NCBI GenBank assembly: GCA_963701085.1
Contig: OY969561.1
Coordinates: 448,001 to 512,000, forward strand
Source of the DNA: an uncultured bacterium
Lineage (GTDB): Bacteria > Babelota > Babeliae > Babelales > Vermiphilaceae
DNA length: 64,000 bases
Reading direction: 5' to 3'
The notes below the pieces were generated by a model. The model saw nothing but the letters and a program-made list of their open reading frames with translations, had not been told where the DNA came from and searched no databases. Below are positions 10,799-18,896 of the stretch, piece by piece. The position numbers and the translations under genes are program-made. Each line of letters starts with the position of its first letter. Position 1 is the stretch's first letter.

Positions 10799-11974
10799 TT
10801 ATATTTTTAAACCAGCAGGCATTTTGACTGTTATTTCTAAAGCTTTAAAACCAAACAGTTCAATTTGGAGCTCTTTTTTTTCAATTTTTTTCAGAGCTGT
10901 CCAAGTAGCATTTACTGCAATCAGAACGCCATAACTCTCTGCATAAAGACAAGGAGACGATATTCCACAATGTGCTACTTCAAAATCTCTAAGCGCGCGT
11001 GATGTATCAGCGGATATTTCTTGAGCAAGTTTAAATTTTGTATATGCAGGATGCAGTTTTATATTTTCTGATTCAATAGTAGTACAAGCCGTTATTCCAT
11101 TAAGAATAGAAGATTCTATAGTAGCGTGTCCTTTGGCCGCATGGGTCATTTCATGATGCATCATATGTTTTATACAGTCCTGGCTTTGGTGAGCAAGACT
11201 TGGATTAAAACCAATAAAACAAGGTTTGTTTTTTTGATAGTCCCATAATTTTTGTGTTGGATTTTTATCAAGTTTATCCATAATGTCAAAATCTGTTAAT
11301 GATTTATCTACCAAGTTAACAATTGATTTGGGAGCCCTCAATTCAGCACTAGCTATTTCCCAATGTTTTTGATCAAGAAACCCAACATTAAAGGCTGTTG
11401 GATTACATTCATTTTCTTGTATTGCATCTGTTAATGCGTTTGCCAAATTTACTGGCAAATCAGGATTCCACGCTGTGGTATTCCATTGCTCCCTCAGTGT
11501 GGCAGTATCAAATTTATTTCTCGTTTCTAGCTCCAACATAAAGAGACGCCATAGTTTTGAATGAGGATCAATACCATACGCTTGTCGCAACTCATTTTGT
11601 GTATTAACTTCATGCGCAACAAGGAGTGCATTAATTTTATTAAATTGATCATGAATGTAGCATTTTGCTCTACCGATCGGTAAGGAACAAAGAATTTCGA
11701 CTATTTTATTGTGCAATAAATTTCTACTGCTTTGTTGTTGAAGATCGGCTGTTTTCAAAATTGCCAATCTTTCATAAATGGGCAACTTCTGTGCATCGCC
11801 ATTGAGAATGTCAATATTTAAAGATGGCATTAATTCATCATAAAATTGATCCAAATCGTTTAACATGGCGATGATTATATCATTTTTTGATTTTATACGT
11901 TTCATGCCAAACGCTAAAAACTGCCATGATAACAAAAATATAATACTTATACCAAGTACGGATTTATGCACCAA
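10799..11974 (-). CDS. Secreted HExxH zinc metallopeptidase-like protein
   Basis: Signal peptide ending AFG-M; HHEMTH and downstream EISAD. Paralog of 13488..14672. Confidence 0.6.
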   Translation of the reverse strand: MVHKSVLGISIIFLLSWQFLAFGMKRIKSKNDIIIAMLNDLDQFYDELMPSLNIDILNGDAQKLPIYERLAILKTADLQQQSSRNLLHNKIVEILCSLPIGRAKCYIHDQFNKINALLVAHEVNTQNELRQAYGIDPHSKLWRLFMLELETRNKFDTATLREQWNTTAWNPDLPVNLANALTDAIQENECNPTAFNVGFLDQKHWEIASAELRAPKSIVNLVDKSLTDFDIMDKLDKNPTQKLWDYQKNKPCFIGFNPSLAHQSQDCIKHMMHHEMTHAAKGHATIESSILNGITACTTIESENIKLHPAYTKFKLAQEISADTSRALRDFEVAHCGISSPCLYAESYGVLIAVNATWTALKKIEKKELQIELFGFKALEITVKMPAGLKI

Positions 11975-12090
11975 AATCCTAGCAAGTAATAGTTTGAACT
12001 GAAACTAACAAAAGATTTTTTTCATTACAAGTAATTTATTTTTGTTTTTTTTCAATTTTTTTAAGCACATCAATCATCAGCGTTTTACTA

Positions 12091-13194
12091 TCATTGCAAG
12101 TTACAGGCCTCTGTGGATACTGAAAATGGGTGGCTGAAATCATTATAATCTTCATCTTCATCATACCCCATCTCTTGCAAAGTCTTACCACCAAGTTCTT
12201 TGTATAATGCAATATATTCTGCAATGTTAGGAATATCTGTTTGTTTGCATATTTCATCCAAAGTTGTTGTATTGATACCTCCATATGCACGACCCAAATG
12301 AACATTCTTCAAGCAACCATAAACGTTATTTTGTACCAATGCCTTAAATGCTTGTTTTTTTTGCTTCTTCATCGCCATAAATAATAATTCCAGATGAATC
12401 TCTTGATTAGGTTCTTTTTTATTTTTTAGAAACGATAATACTTTGATACAGTGTGGATTATCGTTGTACATTGCTATATAGAAACAATCAAGTATAAGCG
12501 CATATGTTGTACATAAACGATGCATTTCAACATTATCAACTTTTTCGCTCACAGAGTACTTTAATCGATCATTACTGTATTCAACTACCTTGCCATCAAC
12601 AACTACATCAAGCTCTTGTTTGACTTTATCACTATCACCGTCAAAACAGGCCATAAACAAAGGAAAAAAGACAACCCCATTTTTATGTGCATTCGATGCC
12701 AAATCCAACTCTTCAAATTTCTTAGGAGTTCCCTTTTTCCAATTATTGTTACCCAAATGCAATTTTTGAATAACAAACATATCACTAAGGCGAAAGCTCG
12801 TTTCTTCACTAATATCATAATCAAAATTACGTTGATTAGTACGATTAAGAATATTGCTCATCACCTCAATATTCTCATTCCATGCAGCATGCATCATAAC
12901 ATAAGACCAATCATCTTGACTTGGATGGAATGATTCATCATTGATAAGTTGATACATGTTAGGAGCTTGTTTGGTTCCAATTTTATGCCATGATTTACAA
13001 CTATTTTTTAATTGATTTTTTATAGATGGGCACGCAACAACAAAAATGTGGCGTCGAATATCTTCTGAGAACTTTTGTATATTAAACTGTTCTGTATTGT
13101 GAATCGTTAACATACTAAAAGATATAGTGTTACTCAGCAGTACGAGTGATAGAGCACTTATTTTTAACGCAAATGGTTGCATACACATTCCCAA
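12091..13194 (-). CDS. Secreted F-box-like/ankyrin-like protein with C-terminal CaaX (CNLQ)
   Basis: Leader ending SFS-M; F-box-like FSEDIRRHIF...LKNSCKSW; ankyrin-like PLFMACFDGD; ends ACNLQ-stop. Exact start uncertain. Confidence 0.65.
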   Translation of the reverse strand: MGMCMQPFALKISALSLVLLSNTISFSMLTIHNTEQFNIQKFSEDIRRHIFVVACPSIKNQLKNSCKSWHKIGTKQAPNMYQLINDESFHPSQDDWSYVMMHAAWNENIEVMSNILNRTNQRNFDYDISEETSFRLSDMFVIQKLHLGNNNWKKGTPKKFEELDLASNAHKNGVVFFPLFMACFDGDSDKVKQELDVVVDGKVVEYSNDRLKYSVSEKVDNVEMHRLCTTYALILDCFYIAMYNDNPHCIKVLSFLKNKKEPNQEIHLELLFMAMKKQKKQAFKALVQNNVYGCLKNVHLGRAYGGINTTTLDEICKQTDIPNIAEYIALYKELGGKTLQEMGYDEDEDYNDFSHPFSVSTEACNLQ

Positions 13195-13223
13195 CTATTA
13201 ACCGTAGTTATAGATTATTTTCT

Positions 13224-13422
13224 CTTAGAGTCTATTCCTAAACTAATTTTTTCCTGCGCTCGCCCTGACCCTTCGACAAGCTCAGGAGTAAACACCCGCC
13301 TGGCCTCCGAAGCCTCGGCGAAGGACGGCTTGAAGGGTTTTCTTCGAGCGCTCAGGGATATCCTTCGACAGGCTCAGGACGAGCGCGGGAAGGAAATTTA
13401 ATATTAGGGATAGGTTCTTAAG
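13224..13422. repeat. Composite nested palindromic (REP/MITE-like) element
   Basis: Imperfect terminal inverted repeats (cttagagtctattcctaa / ttagggataggttcttaag) enclosing cccttcgacaagctcagg and gcctccgaagcctcggcgaaggacgg modules. Confidence 0.85.
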
Positions 13423-13487
13423 AAGTATGCATTATTTATAAAAGAATTCAATTGGCAAAAGATAGATTAATTGAGAAGCTCTCAGTA

Positions 13488-14672
13488 TTATAACAACAAA
13501 AACGCTTTAGAATTTTGTTGTTCTCTTTTCTCAATCTCTGCAAGCAGTTCGAAATTAGTGTTAATCATACGTAAAGCGCCATAGCTATCGGGATAAAGAC
13601 TATCAACTCCCATTATACACTGAGCTGCTTTTATATCTTTTAAGGCAGGCAATACATCGGCAGCATTTTCATGCGTTTTTACATATTGTGCATAAGCCGG
13701 ATGTAACATTATCTGGTCAATAGTAACGTTCGGGTTATTCCTGATTATACTTCCTACAAGAGACTTTCTTTTCCCATCATCTCCCTCTACAGCATGCCTT
13801 ACTTCGTGCTTTACTGTCTGCAACAAATACGCATCATCTTTATCAGCAAGTATTGGGTGATAACTGAAGCGAGCTGGAGCATCTTTTTTATATCCAAACA
13901 CTGTTTTTGCTGGATTTTTTTTAGATTCTTCAAGACTTATCGATCTATCCACCGAAATACATAGTGATTGAGGAGCACAAAAAGTAGCATCAGCTACATT
14001 TAAATATTTATCCTGAAGAATTTTTACATCAAATGCCGTCGACTCTAGTCCATTTTCTTGCATCTCATCTCTTAACAACTGAGCAAATTTTATGGGCACA
14101 TGAGAACACCATGTTGTATCATTCCTTGGCTGGCGCATTGATTCCAGATCAAACGCAGCTTTATCGTTTATTTGCTTCTCTTGCATGTACCATTGGTTTG
14201 AATAAGGATCAATATTATAAGCTTGTAACAATTGATTTTGTGCATCAATTTTATCCTGACGAAGTTGTGCGCATATTTTGTTATGCTCAGCTTCAATCCA
14301 ACGCTTAGCTTCATCGCTTGTCATCATGTGATTTTTAAGAATTATTGATCTTTTTGCCTGTACTTCATCTATATTTTTTAGTTTTGGCTGAATAATTTTA
14401 TTAAATAGAGCAAATTTACTCAGTACCGGAAGCTGATCAACGGTAACGTTTGGTATTGTTACTTTGTTAAGCATTTCTGTTAAATTTAAGGATGGCATTG
14501 AATATGCGAATGCTTCATCCAAATATTTCTGAGTATAATTTATAGTAGGCCTTACGTTTCTACGTATACTGAATGCCTCAACAGCTTCTCTTGTACGCTT
14601 CATACCAAACAACACAGTATTACTGAACAATACAAGCGATATAACACTTATTTTTACAATTAATTGATACAT
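13488..14672 (-). CDS. Secreted HExxH zinc metallopeptidase-like protein
   Basis: Leader ending LFG-M; KHEVRH and ENAAD. Shares QAYxIDP, TAFxV and LYxxSYG with 10799..11974. ATG 14672 follows AAAGGAG. Confidence 0.6.
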   Translation of the reverse strand: MYQLIVKISVISLVLFSNTVLFGMKRTREAVEAFSIRRNVRPTINYTQKYLDEAFAYSMPSLNLTEMLNKVTIPNVTVDQLPVLSKFALFNKIIQPKLKNIDEVQAKRSIILKNHMMTSDEAKRWIEAEHNKICAQLRQDKIDAQNQLLQAYNIDPYSNQWYMQEKQINDKAAFDLESMRQPRNDTTWCSHVPIKFAQLLRDEMQENGLESTAFDVKILQDKYLNVADATFCAPQSLCISVDRSISLEESKKNPAKTVFGYKKDAPARFSYHPILADKDDAYLLQTVKHEVRHAVEGDDGKRKSLVGSIIRNNPNVTIDQIMLHPAYAQYVKTHENAADVLPALKDIKAAQCIMGVDSLYPDSYGALRMINTNFELLAEIEKREQQNSKAFLLL

Positions 14673-14692
14673 AACATCTCCTTTGTAGTTAC

Positions 14693-16261
14693 TCAAGTCC
14701 TTGAGAAGGATAGATTTGCAAAACGACGCACACGAATTTCTTCATCATCTGTCAATCTAATATCTCGCCGAGGGAGTTTCTTCAAAATATCTCCAATGGA
14801 ATCCATCTTATGTAATTCTTCAGTCGTCATTCCACCATTATCTCTATAAACTCTCATATTATCTTTATCAAAATTTTTATCTTTAATCATTCGATCTAAG
14901 TTGGTGCGGGTCTGAACCTCAGGCTCATGTTGATATTTCCACTTAAGCATATTGCATTTACAAGGATCTATTTGAGATATAAGCTCAAAAGCTTCTTTGT
15001 TATTTGCAGCCAAAGATAATAACTCATAAGAAAGAACAATTACTTCATCCTGAGCAATACCCCCTTGCTGTCGTAATAAATTCAACTTTAGCAATAAACA
15101 TTCAAGAGCATTATTTTTTTTATGGGGAGAACTTATAGAAGCCATAATAGATATACAAACATCTATATGCTCGGAAATAGACATACAAACATCTCTATGT
15201 TCGGAACTATTTTCCAACTCTTTTGATACATCTTCATCATCACCAAACAGCGTTGCATTCATGAGAGGGCTTTTAAAATTGTATATACTAAATTCAGGTA
15301 TAACTCTTAGTTTTAGTCGCATCTTGGGATTTGATTTTAATCGCTTCTGGAAAAATTCATTATGAGCACTATCAAATCTTCTGTTTCCAAGTTCTTCTAT
15401 TTCTTTTTCATTACCAATAAATTGCACATCAGGGTTTGCGTAAAAATATTTCTTATAAGGACTTACGATAAGAAGGTCAATTATTCTATCTTCCTCTATA
15501 AAAACAGGTGACATATCAACCACAATTACTGGTACATAGTGGGAGCGTAAAAAATTCAACACAAATTGTGGATCTTGATTTTTATAAAGAATTTCTAGAT
15601 TACGTCTACCAACTTCTTCAATAGTCATTCCACCATTCTTTTTATAAATTTTAATATTTTCTTGATCAAAAAAGAAATCTTCAGTCATATTATCTAAAAG
15701 AGTAAAGCTTCGACCCAGACCCATTTCCAACACAAGGTCATGAGTAGTAAAAGGATCTACTTGTGATACCAACTCAAAACTGTTTCTATCTTTAGTTGAC
15801 CTAAAATACATCTGATATGATAAGAATGATCGGATATTAGGCGGAACAGTCGAGAATTGTAATGATTGCTTTAGCCCTAACAATGACCGAGAAAGATCAT
15901 TATAATCCTTTTTTGCTATAGCAACCATAAGATTCTCAAATAGGGGTCGTTGCTCAGAATCGAGACCTTCTCTTACCTTTACACAACCAAACAGATCTCT
16001 AAGATATTCTTCATCACTATCTTTTAATGCTGATGACAATTTAGGAACTATTGTCATTTTTGATTTTAACTTTTTATCTTCTTCTACTAACTTTAACACT
16101 TCATCAACAGTCATGGGATAGATGGGTTCTTGCTTAACTGACGCCTGCAACTGCTTTTTATCTTCTTGATTTTTATAACGTACAATCATCCCAAAAGAAA
16201 TAGAGTTGCCAACCAACAACAGCATAACGCTTATTTTTAAAAGAGATCGATACATATTCAT
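14693..16261 (-). CDS. Secreted protein with degenerate ankyrin-like repeats
   Basis: Starts MNMYRSLLKISV like its paralog; PLMNATLFGD; the FEL..Q.DP...LD.M...NGGMT module occurs twice. Confidence 0.6.
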   Translation of the reverse strand: MNMYRSLLKISVMLLLVGNSISFGMIVRYKNQEDKKQLQASVKQEPIYPMTVDEVLKLVEEDKKLKSKMTIVPKLSSALKDSDEEYLRDLFGCVKVREGLDSEQRPLFENLMVAIAKKDYNDLSRSLLGLKQSLQFSTVPPNIRSFLSYQMYFRSTKDRNSFELVSQVDPFTTHDLVLEMGLGRSFTLLDNMTEDFFFDQENIKIYKKNGGMTIEEVGRRNLEILYKNQDPQFVLNFLRSHYVPVIVVDMSPVFIEEDRIIDLLIVSPYKKYFYANPDVQFIGNEKEIEELGNRRFDSAHNEFFQKRLKSNPKMRLKLRVIPEFSIYNFKSPLMNATLFGDDEDVSKELENSSEHRDVCMSISEHIDVCISIMASISSPHKKNNALECLLLKLNLLRQQGGIAQDEVIVLSYELLSLAANNKEAFELISQIDPCKCNMLKWKYQHEPEVQTRTNLDRMIKDKNFDKDNMRVYRDNGGMTTEELHKMDSIGDILKKLPRRDIRLTDDEEIRVRRFANLSFSRT

Positions 16262-16307
16262 AGACGCATCCCTATCAAAAGGAAAACAGTTATTTTTATA
16301 TTTTAGC

Positions 16308-17504
16308 TTAATCAACACCATACTCAGTCACCTCGACAGTATTAAGTTGTTGATTACGTTCCATTTCTCTTTGTCTTAGACCGTTATACACTAGTCTGTC
16401 GAAATAATCGCTCGCCATTCTTTCTTCAGGTGTCATCGAATATCTTCGGTTAGGCAAATGTTGAATAATATTACCAACATATTCCATTCTTTTTAATGTT
16501 TTAGCTGTACATCCACCATTATCTATGAAAGTCTGAATATTTTCTTCTCCAAAATATTTTTTATCTCTGATCATCAAATCTAAGGTGGTATATTGTTTAT
16601 GATCGTCAGGATTATAAACCTTAATCATGTTGGCATTATACGGATCTTTTCGAGCTATAAGCTTAAAAACTTTTTTATTATCAGCAGATGCACCTAAAAA
16701 CTTATAAGATAGACCTACTCTCGTCTCTTCGTCGGATTCACTATTTTCCCCAAAAAATTGCTTACCTCTTTGCTTTATTTTTGCCAAAAGCAATTCAAGG
16801 GCATTATTTTTTTTATTAGGATAATTTATAGAAGCCAAAACCGCATAATGCATATCAACCCCATAATCATCATTAAGATCAACGGGTTCTGCACCATTAG
16901 GATTACTTCTTCTGAGTTCTTTTTGTATATCTTCATCGTTTCCAAAAAGAGATGCCATCACAAGAGGAAAATTTCGATTTTCAGAGTAAGTTATCTTATA
17001 TACACTTGGATTTTTATTAATACAATTAATGCGTTTTTTCTTAAACGCTTTTCGAAATCTTTCTTCACCAATCTTACGAATTTTTTCATTAGAATTTGAG
17101 AAAAACGATTCACAATAAGGAAAGTAAAACGATTCAAGGTAAGGATTAATCTCAAAAAAATCCAGATTAATTTCTTTTTTCGAATCTGTATAAACATTGT
17201 CATGAACCAACATCACTGGCACATAATTATCTTTATCACTTAAAAACTTCTGCACAAATTCTGACTTATGACGATTCCTATAAAGCTTTTCTAGATTATA
17301 CTGACCTTGTTCTTCTAAAGACAAAGTCTTAACTTTCTCTTTTTCTTTTTCATATATAGGTTTTAAGCAAGATGAAATAGATGCTTGTATAGCTTTTTTA
17401 CTTTGTTCATCTTTATATCTTACAATCATCCCAAGGGAAACTGCATTACTTATCATTGCAAGCACTATAACGCTTATTTTTAAAAAAGATCGATACATAT
17501 TCAT
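16308..17504 (-). CDS. Secreted protein with degenerate ankyrin-like repeats, paralog of 14693..16261
   Basis: MNMYRSFLKISV...GMIVRYK, PLVMASLFGN, KKNNALE, TTLDLM...NGG. Confidence 0.6.
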   Translation of the reverse strand: MNMYRSFLKISVIVLAMISNAVSLGMIVRYKDEQSKKAIQASISSCLKPIYEKEKEKVKTLSLEEQGQYNLEKLYRNRHKSEFVQKFLSDKDNYVPVMLVHDNVYTDSKKEINLDFFEINPYLESFYFPYCESFFSNSNEKIRKIGEERFRKAFKKKRINCINKNPSVYKITYSENRNFPLVMASLFGNDEDIQKELRRSNPNGAEPVDLNDDYGVDMHYAVLASINYPNKKNNALELLLAKIKQRGKQFFGENSESDEETRVGLSYKFLGASADNKKVFKLIARKDPYNANMIKVYNPDDHKQYTTLDLMIRDKKYFGEENIQTFIDNGGCTAKTLKRMEYVGNIIQHLPNRRYSMTPEERMASDYFDRLVYNGLRQREMERNQQLNTVEVTEYGVD

Positions 17505-17919
17505 AGATGCATCCCTAAATCATACTAATAGAAACTTATAATATCATTATCCCTAGACACAATAATGATACACTATTTATAAAATAGTTCAAATGGTCAA
17601 AAGAAACGCTGGCTGGGAGCGGGTAATATAGTATAATAAATGCTTGTAAACCTTTGCCTATTCATAAACATAGTACAGAGCACAAAGAGCCGCACCTTCC
17701 CCTTTAAGGAAGTTTTGGTCTTTTGAAAGAAAAAAAAGAGTGATTTTCAAAAACGAATAGTTATAGCTAACTAATTTTTGATTAACTTTTGATTTTTATA
17801 CAGAATTTTTATGTAACTTTAGATCGCAAGAACGTGTATTGGAACTGGTCGCTTTTGCCTAGCTTTACGTTACGTGCGATTGGTAATTGATCTTATGTAC
17901 GCATACGGTTGCCACCTTT

Positions 17920-18350
17920 TACTTACTTCTACTTTTATAATCCTTAGTCTTGATTCCCTTATACTTATATACGTACATAGTAACTGTCTATACCTATACA
18001 CATACATATACACATACATATATAATATAGTCTTTATTCTTATTCTTATTTTCATTCTTATTCTTATTCTCTTACGAAGAATCAACCTTTTTAAGCAACA
18101 AACTTCGTAGCAATCCATTCTATGCCTAATATTCCTACTATACTCCTCTATACCCTTATACTCTTATACTCGTTGTCCCCATACTCTTCTTTATCCTCCT
18201 TCTTTCTTCGCCCTTCTTTCCGACCCCCCTTCTCATCCAACTTCTAATCTGATAATCCGATAATCCGATAATCTGATTAATTCTCCTCTTGATTCCAATT
18301 GGTTCCAATCAATTCTCTTCTTAACTCAAAATCCAATCAATTCCCCTCTT
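17920..18350. repeat. Pyrimidine-rich low-complexity tract with several short tandem repeats
   Basis: (tattct)n at ~18035-18070, tatacacataca x2, atactc-like units at 18140-18190, taatcYga x4 at 18245-18276, tccaatcaattc x2. Confidence 0.85.
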
Positions 18351-18634
18351 ATAACGGAGTCTTCTGCCCCCGCCTCCCATTATGTCCCCAGGGAAAAGGC
18401 GGCGGGCAGGATGACGGAGTTGGGCTCGAACGCGCGCGCATTTTGCCAAAACCTGCGGACGGTAGTGCAAGGAGACTTGAAAAACCCAAGCGGCCAGCCC
18501 CACTCCGTCAATTATCCGACATACATAATAAAAACGTAACATTCGCCGCTGCAGCACGGCATAAACCCGCTTAAAAAACAAGGGGAAATAATTAAAGTCT
18601 TAGCGTAACCCACTAATATTTTATGAGTTAACCG

Positions 18635-18662
18635 TTGACAGGCCATTTTTTTTTGTTATTCT
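18635..18662 (+). promoter_or_regulatory. Sigma70-type promoter for dnaK
   Basis: TTGACA (18635-18640), 16-nt spacer, TGn-TATTCT (-10 box at 18657-18662). Confidence 0.6.
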
Positions 18663-18742
18663 ATAAAAAGAGCTAGAAATTAGCTCAATAACATGGCACT
18701 TGAGTAGCAAGCCGCAGGTTTGGACTACAAAAACCGCCATAA

Positions 18743-18850
18743 CTTGCCCTTCCCTTCGAGCCGTCCTTCGCCGAGGCTTCGGAGGCCAATCGGGCGTTTA
18801 CTACTGAGCCTGACGAAGTATCAGGATAAACTCCGCTTGCGAAGTAGGGG
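18743..18850. repeat. Nested palindromic element in the dnaK leader
   Basis: Its reverse complement closely matches 13264-13337 and shares outer modules with 61267-61321. Confidence 0.85.
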
Positions 18851-18896
18851 ATTAGTAGAAAAAATAGAGCATAAACAATAAACCAAAAGGATCGAG

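Noticed and set aside
13177-13401. ORFs 13177..13401 and 18685..18933 sharing RLASEASAKDG
   Set aside because: The similarity is just the translated palindromic repeat.
17870-18581. Short ORFs 17870..18118, 17874..18110, 18299..18574, 18321..18581
   Set aside because: Translations of microsatellite or GC-rich hairpin sequence with no protein-like character.
17540-18600. oriC at the switch in gene orientation
   Set aside because: No cluster of TTATCCACA boxes and no dnaA/dnaN. By eye, third-position skew favours the same strand on both sides (not computed).
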